A stretch of DNA of 64,000 nt from assembly GCA_964545165.1 (NCBI GenBank), contig CAZJEQ010000001.1, positions 65,971 to 129,970 of the forward strand, written 5' to 3'. This stretch comes from an uncultured Candidatus Saccharibacteria bacterium (lineage in GTDB: Bacteria > Patescibacteriota > Minisyncoccia > Phycocordibacterales > UBA2100). Below the pieces are notes generated by a model. The model ran no database searches. It saw nothing but the letters and a program-made list of their open reading frames with translations, and was not told the DNA's origin. This document shows, one piece after another, positions 8,444-17,425 of this stretch. The position numbers were made by a program, and so were the translations under genes. Positions within the stretch are counted from its first letter, which is position 1. Every line of letters starts with the position of its first letter.

Positions 8444-9181
8444 CTACGGTCGGATATCCTCGTGCGCTTTTGTGTGCGGCTTCCCGAATATGTGTACCCA
8501 AAAATGATTGAGTGCGTACACGAAGCCCGATCGCACGAGCCCTTCGTGCAGGAGTCGTCGGCCGGAGGCGTGGATGGGAAGTGCAAAGGTCCACTTCACA
8601 CCACCGATCTTCGTGAGCTCATTCGCAAGCGCTGTATCGTCGCCATAAAATTCGATATGTGTGTCGTAGCCACCGGCCTTTTCAAGTGCATCGCGGCGGA
8701 TCAAGACATTGCCGCCCTGAATAAACGAACCATGACGCAACAGAAAGCGGTTGATCACGTATACCAGCCAACCGCCCGCGTAGAAGAGCTTCACCATCGT
8801 GCGTGCGGGCGCTGAAAGGTCGTAGTAGTGAAAGGGGCCACTCACCGCGACCAGGCGCGCATCGCGCTCAAGTATCTGCAGGCCTTTTTCAAGCCAGCCT
8901 TCGGGCACCATCGTGTCCGCATCGATACTTGCAATGTAGTCGCCAGTGGACGCGCGAAATGCGGCCTGTCGTGCAGCATTAGCGCCTTTGATGGTGTGCT
9001 CTTCGACAACCCGAGCACGCTCGAACGATCGCGCAATCTCGCAGGTACGATCGGTTGAACCGTTGTCACCGATAACGACTTCGTAGGATATGCCAAGACG
9101 GTCACATTCGCTTGCTGCCGAAGCGATGCAGGCGCGAATATTTTTCTCCTCATTGAACGCGGGGATGACAAATGAGACCTT
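8444..9181 (-). CDS. family 2 glycosyltransferase (GT-A fold)
   Basis: MKVSFVIPAFNEEKNI...GDNGSTDRT...IDADT motifs. Track ORF extends to 9220; 9181 is the internal Met that gives the canonical GT2 N-terminus. Confidence 0.75.
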   Translation of the reverse strand, partial: KVSFVIPAFNEEKNIRACIASAASECDRLGISYEVVIGDNGSTDRTCEIARSFERARVVEEHTIKGANAARQAAFRASTGDYIASIDADTMVPEGWLEKGLQILERDARLVAVSGPFHYYDLSAPARTMVKLFYAGGWLVYVINRFLLRHGSFIQGGNVLIRRDALEKAGGYDTHIEFYGDDTALANELTKIGGVKWTFALPIHASGRRLLHEGLVRSGFVYALNHFWVHIFGKPHTKAHEDIRP

Positions 9182-9239
9182 CATGGATGACATGCTGCGT
9201 GAGAAAGCTCGTTTTGCCAAATGCTACCATGTATCCATG

Positions 9240-10028
9240 GAACGTTTCGGGAATGCAGAGCGACTCCCCGCAAACATCGATATTGACACTCAGAGTCTCG
9301 AGATTCTAAGGGCTATTGCGCACGAACAGCGGGATCCTGCTGGGAAACGCTATATATTTGCACCGAATCACGTCGAGCCAGCTGCCAAAATCAGACAGCA
9401 GACCGGTGTCGCTGATGATTTTCCGGTACTGAAAAAGGTGCTCAATGCGGTGGGCGTGCGCGATGTCCGGCCAATCGCACGCGGTGATACCGACATGCAC
9501 ATCACGGGCCCAGCGTCCGAGAAGCTGTATCACGCGCATCGAGCCGTGTGGTCCAAAGCAGGGGAGCTTGTCGCAGACGCACTGCCGGTCAACATCAATG
9601 CACATGAAAGCAGCCGCAACATGCAGAGCAATGTCGGAAACGTAATGCGCATCGTTGATGTACTCAAAGACAAAGAAGCAAATATTGCGCTGTATCCGTA
9701 CGCGAAATGGTTTACCTCTGGAACGCAAGATATATCCGAAGACACCGCTCTCCCTGAGGGAGGATTTCTCCGTGCCGTTGATGAGGGAGATCCAGCGTAC
9801 GAGACGTGGCGCAACAGCTTAAAGCGTGGTGCATTTGCGCTCTCACGACTCACTGATGCACCCGTGGTTCCTGTGTATGTTGAGCAACGCGAAGGGAAGT
9901 GGAGCTTCCGTGTCGGCGAGCCGATTACACTGTCGCACGAACAGGCTGACAACGGCGAAGAGGAGATGGCGCGCAATTACGTGCACGCAATGCGTGCACT
10001 CAAAGCGAAAGCGGCAGGGCGGGGTTAG
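9240..10028 (+). CDS. putative PlsC-like acyltransferase (LPLAT superfamily), degenerate motif I; start uncertain (track ORF from 9090; MDDML at 9182 would abut the divergent GT2 start)
   Basis: FAPNH (motif I lacking Asp), LPEGGF (FPEGTR-like motif III), VVPVYV (motif IV). Confidence 0.35.
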   Translation, partial: ERFGNAERLPANIDIDTQSLEILRAIAHEQRDPAGKRYIFAPNHVEPAAKIRQQTGVADDFPVLKKVLNAVGVRDVRPIARGDTDMHITGPASEKLYHAHRAVWSKAGELVADALPVNINAHESSRNMQSNVGNVMRIVDVLKDKEANIALYPYAKWFTSGTQDISEDTALPEGGFLRAVDEGDPAYETWRNSLKRGAFALSRLTDAPVVPVYVEQREGKWSFRVGEPITLSHEQADNGEEEMARNYVHAMRALKAKAAGRG

Positions 10029-10747
10029 CGGATCGGAGTCCACTCTTCGGCGTGTGCACGATCGCGTAGTGAGACTGAGATGCCATTGATGATCCACACG
10101 TACCAAAATTTCCACATGCCGAATGCGTGGATGCGGCGCCCGGAATGGTATGCAGTGAGCGAAGAGAGGAAGCGCGTTGATCCGACTTTCGCGACACGAC
10201 GGAAGAAATCGTAGTCCTCGCCAAAGACGAGATTTTCGCGGAAGCCGCCGACGGCGTCGTATGCAATTTTGCGCACGAGGATGCACTTGCCGCACGCCCA
10301 CCCACTCTTGAGCACGTTGTTGCGAAAGCGATTTTGCAGGTTGTCGATGCCAAAGACGATTTTGTCTCCCACGCGCTCGGTCTCGGGGTAGACGCGCTGC
10401 GGACCTGTGAGCCCGACGAGGGAAGGGTCTTTTTCAAATCGCTGCAGTGCGTCTGCGAGTGCCGCGTTCATATTGTGAATACGCGTATCAGCATCGAGGA
10501 AGAGGAGGTATTCGCCACGCGCCACCCGTGCACCGTCGTTTCTCCCGATGGCAGGACTGTGGAATCTGCCGCCCGGGAATACGACGACCTGATCGGCAAG
10601 TGTCCGTGCGATTTTGACCGTGTTGTCGGTGCTCGCACCATCGGAGATGATGACCTCGTGGGGCAGCGTGAGTTCGCGCTTGATGTAGTCGAGCGTGTCA
10701 CGGATATACCGTCCTTCTTGCCGAGTCGGGATGACAATAGAGATCAT
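10025..10747 (-). CDS. family 2 glycosyltransferase
   Basis: MISIVIPTRQEG...ISDGASTDNT...LDADT...GEDYDFFRR. Start ATG overlaps the DedA stop (ATGA). The longer track ORF is an out-of-frame upstream extension over DedA. Confidence 0.8.
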   Translation of the reverse strand: MISIVIPTRQEGRYIRDTLDYIKRELTLPHEVIISDGASTDNTVKIARTLADQVVVFPGGRFHSPAIGRNDGARVARGEYLLFLDADTRIHNMNAALADALQRFEKDPSLVGLTGPQRVYPETERVGDKIVFGIDNLQNRFRNNVLKSGWACGKCILVRKIAYDAVGGFRENLVFGEDYDFFRRVAKVGSTRFLSSLTAYHSGRRIHAFGMWKFWYVWIINGISVSLRDRAHAEEWTPIR

Positions 10748-11340
10748 GAGCGGGAAGCGTTGAATAGCTTGGTACCTGCATAGTGCCCGAGCGCAAGCAG
10801 CCCTGCAACAACGAGGAGTGCGGTGCCGATGTAGGCGAGTTTGCCGAGCACATCGTCTACTTTCAGATAACCCTCGCCGAGATAGTAGCCAATCGCCAAC
10901 ATGACCGGCGACCAAATGACTTGCCCGATCACGTTCATCAGCATGTATCTGCGGAAGGGGACGCGCGAGAGTCCGGCGGTAAAGAAAATAGCCGGCGCGA
11001 TGCCAAACCCTGCCGTGAGCTTGGAGATGAGAATAATGGAATCGTGATAGCGGTGGTATGCCGCGCGCACTGCAACGATGCGCTCGTGCGTGATGCCGAA
11101 GTGTTTCCCAAAGCGCAGGCCGAATCGTTCGCCATAGCGCGCGCCGAGCGCGTACCAGAGGACATCTGCCAGAAGCTCGGATGCCATGAGCGCAATGAGG
11201 GTCGGGATGAGCTCGAGTGTGCCGAGTCTGAGGAGGGCACCGGAGAGCAGTGTGACGATAGGGCCAACAAACGGCGCTGAGATAAAGATGAAGGCGTATT
11301 TGTAGTGGAGGATCAGCGCAGTCAATGTTTCGATACCCAT
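10744..11340 (-). CDS. DedA/SNARE-associated family membrane protein
   Basis: ORF track 198 aa. DedA-like hydrophobic pattern with GxxYxxG-type segment (YALGARYGERFG). Confidence 0.75.
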   Translation of the reverse strand: MGIETLTALILHYKYAFIFISAPFVGPIVTLLSGALLRLGTLELIPTLIALMASELLADVLWYALGARYGERFGLRFGKHFGITHERIVAVRAAYHRYHDSIILISKLTAGFGIAPAIFFTAGLSRVPFRRYMLMNVIGQVIWSPVMLAIGYYLGEGYLKVDDVLGKLAYIGTALLVVAGLLALGHYAGTKLFNASRS

Positions 11341-11419
11341 CCGGACAGTATACCGGCAGGGGCGTCGCTTTCACGCGGACTATCATTAGCAAGGGTCGCA
11401 GTATTATACTGAGGCACCT

Positions 11420-12076
11420 ATGGGAGATTTTTCACCGCGCACGATTGTGCACCGCTACCAAGCATTCTTTGCGGAGCCGGGTGCGCTCTCGAGCGTGGCC
11501 GTTTCTCTCTTTTGTCTGTTTATCGCGTGGTGGGTGAATTACTTTGCAATCGTGCTTGCCACGGAGCGGGCGAGCAATGCGGTGACCGACCTCGTCTTGT
11601 CGAATATCCCGGTCTTTGAGGTGGATGGGTTCTTTGTCTACGGGACGTTTGTCTTCGCCATCGTCACCGTCGGCATCATCCTGGCGCGCCCGCGACGCAT
11701 TGCCTTCGCGCTCCTCGCGGTGTCACTGTTTTGGGTGATCCGATCGCTTTTTACGTCGCTCACGCATCTTGCTCCCTTCGAGCATCACTACGTATCTGAC
11801 TTCGGCCCGGCGATCAACAAAATGTTTTTCGGGGGTGACCGCTTCTTCTCGGCGCACACGGGCATGCCGTTTCTCGGAGCGCTCGCGTTTTGGAAAAACG
11901 TTCCGCTGCGTATTTTTTATCTATCAGGCTCGCTGTACTTCGGCGTGGTGGTACTGCTCGGGCATCTCCACTATTCCATTGATGTTGCGGCAGCCTTTTT
12001 CATTACCTACACGATCTACCACCTTGCCATCTGGGCCTTTCCGCGCGCCTATCGACGTTTCCACGATGAGAGCTGA
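11420..12076 (+). CDS. PAP2-superfamily membrane protein (putative lipid phosphatase / phosphotransferase)
   Basis: Multi-TM, with FFSAHTG (PSGH-like) and GHLHYSIDVAAA (SRxxxxxHxxxD-like) motifs. Confidence 0.5.
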   Translation: MGDFSPRTIVHRYQAFFAEPGALSSVAVSLFCLFIAWWVNYFAIVLATERASNAVTDLVLSNIPVFEVDGFFVYGTFVFAIVTVGIILARPRRIAFALLAVSLFWVIRSLFTSLTHLAPFEHHYVSDFGPAINKMFFGGDRFFSAHTGMPFLGALAFWKNVPLRIFYLSGSLYFGVVVLLGHLHYSIDVAAAFFITYTIYHLAIWAFPRAYRRFHDES

Positions 12077-12105
12077 CCTGTCCTTTGGTAGGGTACACTG
12101 ATGCT

Positions 12106-12309
12106 ATGGACGATGAACTACGTACGCGGCTTGATACGATCGAGCAGAAGGTCGAAGCAGCCCGAGTTGCGGCCGAGACGGCGCGCACATATCTCTTTTG
12201 GACCGGTGTGGTGACGATCGCCCTGATTGTGCTCCCTGCGATCGGGCTCCTCTTTGCCGTTCCGTCGCTTGTATCGACCTACTCGCAGACCTACGAGCTC
12301 TTGCAGTAG
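12106..12309 (+). CDS. hypothetical small membrane-anchored protein
   Basis: Track ORF starts at TTG 12085; first ATG at 12106. Single C-terminal TM helix. Confidence 0.25.
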   Translation: MDDELRTRLDTIEQKVEAARVAAETARTYLFWTGVVTIALIVLPAIGLLFAVPSLVSTYSQTYELLQ

Positions 12310-12378
12310 GGAAGCAGCACGGTAAGGAAGTGTGGGATACTACGTCTATTTGGTAATCATTAAATATTCATTAATTCT

Positions 12379-13203
12379 ATGATGGATGAACAATCAGTGC
12401 GCGAGTTTACTAGTGCCACGAACATTCGAGCAGCCGGCTTCGCGGTACTCGCCATGCTCGCGCTCTTTCTCCTGGTCTCTACCTTGAGCGAATTCAAGAG
12501 CCTGCGCTTTATTGGCTCGGGTGTCACTGCCACCAACACCATCTCGGTCTCTGGCGAAGGTACCGCCTTTGCTGTCCCGGATATCGCGACGTTCTCAGTC
12601 TCGGTCCGCGAGACGGCAAAAGATGTTGCGACTGCCCAGAAAGCAGCTACCGAAAAGAACAACAACATCATCGAATACCTCTCAGAAGCAGGTATTGCCG
12701 AGAAGGACATCCAGACGACTGATTACAGCGTGAATCCACAATACGATTACTCCAGCACCTCGTGTGCAGGCGGCTACTGCCCCCCGTCGAATCCGAAACT
12801 CGTCGGCTACGAGGTCGCACAGACACTCACCATTAAGGTACGCGAGACAGACAAGGCAGGGGATGTCCTCTCCGGCGTCGGCTCGCTCGGCGCGTCGAAT
12901 GTCTCCGGTCTCTCGTTTACGATCGACGACGAAGATGCGGTGAATGCCGAAGCGCGCGAAAAGGCGATCGCGGATGCGCGCACCAAAGCTGAGAAGCTCG
13001 CGAAAGAGCTCAACGTGCACCTCGTGCGCATCGTCGGCTTCAGTGAGAATGGTAACTATCCGTACTACGCCAAAACCATGCTCGAGAGCAGTGCCTCATA
13101 CGGTCGTGGCGGTGCGATGGACGCCGTTGCGCCTGCACCGCAGCTCCCGGTCGGTGAAAACAAAATCGTCTCCACCGTGTCGGTGACATACGAAATCCGA
13201 TAA
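12379..13203 (+). CDS. SIMPL/DUF541 family periplasmic protein (YggE-like)
   Basis: ISVSGEGTAFAVPDIATFSVSV...IAEKDIQTTDYSVNPQYDY is the family signature. N-terminal signal/TM. AT-rich promoter-like region upstream. Confidence 0.7.
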   Translation: MMDEQSVREFTSATNIRAAGFAVLAMLALFLLVSTLSEFKSLRFIGSGVTATNTISVSGEGTAFAVPDIATFSVSVRETAKDVATAQKAATEKNNNIIEYLSEAGIAEKDIQTTDYSVNPQYDYSSTSCAGGYCPPSNPKLVGYEVAQTLTIKVRETDKAGDVLSGVGSLGASNVSGLSFTIDDEDAVNAEAREKAIADARTKAEKLAKELNVHLVRIVGFSENGNYPYYAKTMLESSASYGRGGAMDAVAPAPQLPVGENKIVSTVSVTYEIR

Positions 13204-13212
13204 GTAATTCAT

Positions 13213-13256
13213 GAACGGCGCTCGCATCTTTTTTTGATGCGGGCGCCGTTTCTGTT
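13213..13256 (+). terminator. rho-independent terminator after SIMPL gene
   Basis: GAACGGCGCTCGCATC-TTTTTTT-GATGCGGGCGCCGTT hairpin. Confidence 0.6.
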
Positions 13257-13269
13257 AGACTATCGATCT

Positions 13270-13566
13270 ATGGCTATTTCAAAAACACAGAAGTCCAAAG
13301 CAGATACTATCGCAGAGATTTTTTCGCTCGTCTCATCGACGACACGCGTGATGATTCTGACGACGCTTATGAAGAAAAAGGAGTTGCCGGTGCAAGACAT
13401 TGCAGAAGAGCTCGGTATGACGCACTCTGCCGTCTCGCATCAGCTCGGCCTCCTCTCATCGCACGACATCGTGAGCTCCAAAAAAGACGGACGCCTCGTG
13501 TACTACAAGGTTTCGAGCAGCAAAGAGGCAAAAGCGCTCACCAAATTCCTCTCGACACTGGCATAA
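13270..13566 (+). CDS. ArsR/SmtB-family wHTH transcriptional regulator
   Basis: LPVQDIAEELGMTHSAVSHQLGLLSSHDIVSSKKDGRLVYYKV is typical of ArsR HTH and wing. Track ORF trimmed to MAISK. Confidence 0.65.
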   Translation: MAISKTQKSKADTIAEIFSLVSSTTRVMILTTLMKKKELPVQDIAEELGMTHSAVSHQLGLLSSHDIVSSKKDGRLVYYKVSSSKEAKALTKFLSTLA

Positions 13567-13645
13567 CGGTGCTCGTTGCTCTCGCTGCTGAGGCGAGCTA
13601 GTATCGAGGTCGAGAATAGTGTTCAACCAGAGGAGGATTGAGTCA

Positions 13646-15313
13646 ATGCTCAAGCAATTGGTTAAGCGTCCTGCGTTTGATCCGCAGGCGGCACTCGAGC
13701 ATCTCGCTGGTCTCGGCCGTAGTGACGGCAAGATCCCGAATGAATTCGCTGATCCACCCATCGGCCGTATGGCCGGCGCGTTCACCCACGAAGCGCTGCG
13801 TACGCGCCGCGGCATCATGTGCGAATTTTTCCGAATCGCACGATCGATGCCGCGTGAGTGGTGGCGCTCGTACACGAGCGCGCTCGGCACATTCGTCTTC
13901 GAGGTCATCGGGACAGAAGATGGGCCAGCAGTCACCGTGCTCTCTCATGCGGATTCCGTTCGCAATGGCGGGAAATACGACGGTTTGCTCGGCCTGATCG
14001 CGGCGCTCGTCATCGTGGATCAGATCGCCATTACTCGCCGGCCGCGTCGGACACTCCGGGTCATCGTGTGCATCGCCGAAGAGTCTGACTTCACCGGCGT
14101 GGCGTGCCTCGATAGTCGTTTCTTGGTCGGCTCTGTCGATCCGGACACGATTGCCAAGGTCAACTACGGAGCGGTAACGCTTGCCGAACACCTCGGTGCG
14201 GAGCGCATGATGCGGATCCGCACCGAATGGAACACCACGAAAAGGTTCTCGGTCGAGGACACAGATCTGGCCACGGAGTTGCACATCGAGCAGAGCAACT
14301 TGCTCGCGGCGCTCGGATACGACGTTGGCGTCGTCACGCATATCGGTGGCTCATGGCGCGAGAAGCTCTCGGCCGAAGTGACACCGATGCGCGTCGAGAG
14401 CCATGATCACGTGCTCGCTCGTCTGCGATTCGTCGGCAAGCGTGCACATACCGGTGCGATGCCGCCGAATCCGCGCGTGCGAGGCGGACAGCTCTTCCGC
14501 AAGGACGCGCTCGTTGCGTCGAGTCTCTGTGCCAAGGAGCTCTTGCGGCAAGACAGCGTTCGGCTCGTGAGCTCTCGCTACCTCTCGCCGAGCGGCTACA
14601 CCACCGTGCCGTACGACCAGGAAGTCGTGCTGCTTGTACGCACCGACATGCGTGATCTGCACGAGCTCGCGCTCGCCGCAGCCGCAGTGCGCTCACAGCA
14701 AGATTTCGGCGTCGTCATGACGTACGAGATCACGCCGTGCGACGCACAAGAAATCATGACGATCGAGCATCGCTCAGCGCTGCGTGCCTTAAGCGTTGCA
14801 CCGGCGGTCGCGCACGCGACGCGCAGTGCCTTCGCGAGGGAGGGGGTGCAGCTTGGGCTGACCCGCGCGACAGTCACCGACATGGTGCTCGACGAGCACG
14901 GTCTCCGTGCGCTCCTCGATGGTCGGGAGATCGATCATGAGGCAGGCACACGTTTGCAGAAACAGCTGCATGGCGTCCTGGAAGTGTGCAGCGTCACGGT
15001 CACCTCGGTGTCGCGCTCGCTCTCGACGCCGACTGACCCGATCGAGAGCGAGCGCCTCTTCCGTCTCGCCGAAGAGACGGTGATCTGGGACGGGGATGTG
15101 CGGCGACCGCTCAAGGTGCTGCGCATCGCATCCTTCCCGGGACATGATCTGCGGCCCTTCCTGGAGCAGGGTATCCGCGGCGTACTGCTCTTCGTGCGGC
15201 AAGCCTCCGAGGAGGAGACCAGCCACTCGCCCCGCGAGACGGTCGAGTGGCAGGATGTCTTCCGTGCGTTCCGCGTGTTTGCGCTGTTTATTCGCAACGC
15301 CCTGCACGCCTGA
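13646..15313 (+). CDS. M20-family amidohydrolase (allantoate amidohydrolase / N-carbamoyl-amino-acid hydrolase-like) with extra C-terminal region
   Basis: TVLSHADSVRNGGKYDGLLGLIAAL matches the GSHxDSVxNGGxxDG metal-binding motif. AGGAGG SD lies 8 nt before ATG 13646. Confidence 0.6.
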   Translation: MLKQLVKRPAFDPQAALEHLAGLGRSDGKIPNEFADPPIGRMAGAFTHEALRTRRGIMCEFFRIARSMPREWWRSYTSALGTFVFEVIGTEDGPAVTVLSHADSVRNGGKYDGLLGLIAALVIVDQIAITRRPRRTLRVIVCIAEESDFTGVACLDSRFLVGSVDPDTIAKVNYGAVTLAEHLGAERMMRIRTEWNTTKRFSVEDTDLATELHIEQSNLLAALGYDVGVVTHIGGSWREKLSAEVTPMRVESHDHVLARLRFVGKRAHTGAMPPNPRVRGGQLFRKDALVASSLCAKELLRQDSVRLVSSRYLSPSGYTTVPYDQEVVLLVRTDMRDLHELALAAAAVRSQQDFGVVMTYEITPCDAQEIMTIEHRSALRALSVAPAVAHATRSAFAREGVQLGLTRATVTDMVLDEHGLRALLDGREIDHEAGTRLQKQLHGVLEVCSVTVTSVSRSLSTPTDPIESERLFRLAEETVIWDGDVRRPLKVLRIASFPGHDLRPFLEQGIRGVLLFVRQASEEETSHSPRETVEWQDVFRAFRVFALFIRNALHA

Positions 15314-15354
15314 TCATTTGAAGGGGACCTGTCGCCAGCGCGCGACAGGTTCCC

Positions 15355-15384
15355 CTTGACTTATGGGGGAGCGGCGGTACAATC
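15355..15384 (+). promoter_or_regulatory. sigma70-like promoter candidate upstream of secE (TTGACT-16-TACAAT)
   Basis: TTGACTtatgggggagcggcggTACAAT, followed at 15392-15412 by hairpin AACGCCGCAAGGCGTT plus T-run. Confidence 0.3.
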
Positions 15385-15449
15385 CATATATCAAACGCCG
15401 CAAGGCGTTTTTAAAATGGCAAAATTAATCGCTTAAAACCGCATATTGT

Positions 15450-15728
15450 ATGGCAGGTATCGGACAATATTTGAAGGATACGCAGGGTGAATTGCGCCAT
15501 GTCGCATGGCCGACGCAGACGCAGACCATTGTGTACACGGTGCTCGTCGCGATCATCTCGATCGGTGTCGCGCTCTACCTTGGCTTTTTTGATTATCTCT
15601 TCACGGCCGGCCTTTCGCGCGTGATCGGCGTCGAGGCGGCGCCCGCGCAAGAGGAGCAGACGATTCCAGCGCAGGAAAATACCCAGGCAGATTTCTCGCT
15701 TCCGGGCACTGAAACTAACACCCAATAA
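15450..15728 (+). CDS. secE: preprotein translocase subunit SecE
   Basis: ELRHVAWPTQTQT followed by a single TM helix. Confidence 0.85.
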   Translation: MAGIGQYLKDTQGELRHVAWPTQTQTIVYTVLVAIISIGVALYLGFFDYLFTAGLSRVIGVEAAPAQEEQTIPAQENTQADFSLPGTETNTQ

Positions 15729-15730
15729 TT

Positions 15731-16276
15731 ATGGCTAAACAAACGTACGGACAAGAACGCCAGTGGTACGCCATCCACACGTACTCGGGCTACGAAGATG
15801 CGGTCGCGCGCAATCTCAAGCAGCGCATCGAATCATTCGGCATGGGTGAGCAGATCTTCAACGTCGTCGTTCCGATCGAGAAGAAGATCAAGATTAAGAA
15901 TGGTCGCAAGACCGAGATGAAAGAGAAGATCTTCCCAGGCTACGTGCTCGTCGACATGGTGGCGACGGACGACGCGTGGTCGGTGGTGCGCAACACGCCG
16001 CAGGTCACGGGATTTGTCGGTACCGCCAATCAGGCAGTCCCGCTTTCGCAGGAGGAAGTCGACAAAATCTTGAAGCGCTCCGAGGGTGATACGGTCCGTC
16101 ACGCGATCGATCTTGCACCAGGGGACGCGGTCGTGATCATCGACGGACCCTTCAAGGATCTTGAAGGCAAGGTCGGGGAGATTGACGAAGAGCGTGGAAA
16201 GGTTAAGGTATTAGTCCCGATGTTCGGTCGCGAGACTCCGGTGGAGCTCGAAGCTGATCAGGTACAGCGCGTATAA
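15731..16276 (+). CDS. nusG: transcription termination/antitermination factor NusG
   Basis: WYAIHTYSGYE NGN domain and C-terminal KOW (GDAVVIIDGPFKDLEGKV). Confidence 0.95.
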   Translation: MAKQTYGQERQWYAIHTYSGYEDAVARNLKQRIESFGMGEQIFNVVVPIEKKIKIKNGRKTEMKEKIFPGYVLVDMVATDDAWSVVRNTPQVTGFVGTANQAVPLSQEEVDKILKRSEGDTVRHAIDLAPGDAVVIIDGPFKDLEGKVGEIDEERGKVKVLVPMFGRETPVELEADQVQRV

Positions 16277-16282
16277 ACATCT

Positions 16283-16699
16283 ATGGCAAAAGAAATCACA
16301 AAAATCATCAAATTGCAGATCGAGGCCGGTAAGGCCACGCCTGCTCCGCCGGTAGGTACCGCGCTCGGCCCAGCCGGCGTGAATATCGGCGAATTCGTCA
16401 ACCAGTTCAACAACCAGACGCGTCCGCTCATGGGCTCGATCCTCCCGGTACTCCTCACCGTATACAAGGATCGCTCCTTCACCTTTATCGTGAAGAAGCC
16501 GCCGGCCTCGCGCCTCATCCTCAAGGCACTCGGTATCGAGAAGGGATCTCCGAAACCGCAGACCAAGATTGCCAAGCTCACCAAGCAGCAGCTCGAAGAT
16601 ATCGCCAATGAGAAGATGGAAGATCTCAATGCACCGGATCTCGAAGCGGCCAAGAAAGTGATTGCAGGTACGGCCCGCTCGATGGGCATCGACGCATAA
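16283..16699 (+). CDS. rplK: 50S ribosomal protein L11
   Basis: [34 protein letters not shown] is the canonical uL11 sequence. Confidence 0.95.
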   Translation: MAKEITKIIKLQIEAGKATPAPPVGTALGPAGVNIGEFVNQFNNQTRPLMGSILPVLLTVYKDRSFTFIVKKPPASRLILKALGIEKGSPKPQTKIAKLTKQQLEDIANEKMEDLNAPDLEAAKKVIAGTARSMGIDA

Positions 16700-16716
16700 A
16701 ACGCACCAGCAAGCAC

Positions 16717-16746
16717 AAAAGACCGCCGACAGGCGGTCTTTTGTTA
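16717..16746 (+). terminator. rho-independent terminator after rplK (no rplA follows)
   Basis: AAAAGACCGCCGACAGGCGGTCTTTTGTT. Confidence 0.7.
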
Positions 16747-16773
16747 TGAGGGAATCACTGGTACAACTCATCT

Positions 16774-17403
16774 ATGAAGAAGGGAAGCCTAATCGTATTT
16801 GAAGGCATCGACGGCGCCGGCAAGGCGACGCAGGTGAAGCTCGTGGCAGCAAAGCTGCGTAAGCAGGGCCACACCGTGACGGTCTTTAGTTTTCCTGATT
16901 ACTCACGCCCGGTCGGACAGTTTATTCACGACTCCCTCCACAACAAATTCGGCAATCATCGTGCCGTCGATGCGTACCATGCGTCGTTTCTCTATGCGGT
17001 CGATCGTGCGCTCGCGCGCGAGAAGATCGTCGCTGCGCTCAAGAAGGGAATCGTGATCTGCGATCGTTATACGACCAGCACGCTGGCCTTCGGCGCTGCC
17101 AATTGTGCGCCGAAAGATCGTGCGAAATTTCAGGCCTTTTTTGAAAAGTTTGAGTTTGATGATTTCAAGCTGCCGCGTCCGACACGCGTGATCTATCTCG
17201 CGCTGCCAGTCGCACTGACGCGCTCCCGTATTGCTCAGCGCGGCAAAAAGTTGGATGCCAACGAGCGCGATGTTTCGTATCAAAAAGCGGTCGCCGCTGA
17301 GTATGCGAAGCTCGCGAAGAGGAAAGAGTGGCGCACCGTCGTCTGTAAGGAAGGGGAGACTCCGAATGCTGTCGCAGAACGCGTAGAGGACGCGCTTGCC
17401 TAG
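16774..17403 (+). CDS. tmk: thymidylate kinase
   Basis: LIVFEGIDGAGKATQ P-loop. DRY motif (ICDRYTTS). Confidence 0.9.
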   Translation: MKKGSLIVFEGIDGAGKATQVKLVAAKLRKQGHTVTVFSFPDYSRPVGQFIHDSLHNKFGNHRAVDAYHASFLYAVDRALAREKIVAALKKGIVICDRYTTSTLAFGAANCAPKDRAKFQAFFEKFEFDDFKLPRPTRVIYLALPVALTRSRIAQRGKKLDANERDVSYQKAVAAEYAKLAKRKEWRTVVCKEGETPNAVAERVEDALA

Positions 17404-17425
17404 GCGTACTACAATACCGATACCT

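Noticed and set aside
9090-9239. Start of the acyltransferase-like ORF at 9090 or 9182
   Set aside because: Would overlap the divergent GT2 coding start completely. The downstream Met at 9240 is preferred, but this is unresolved.
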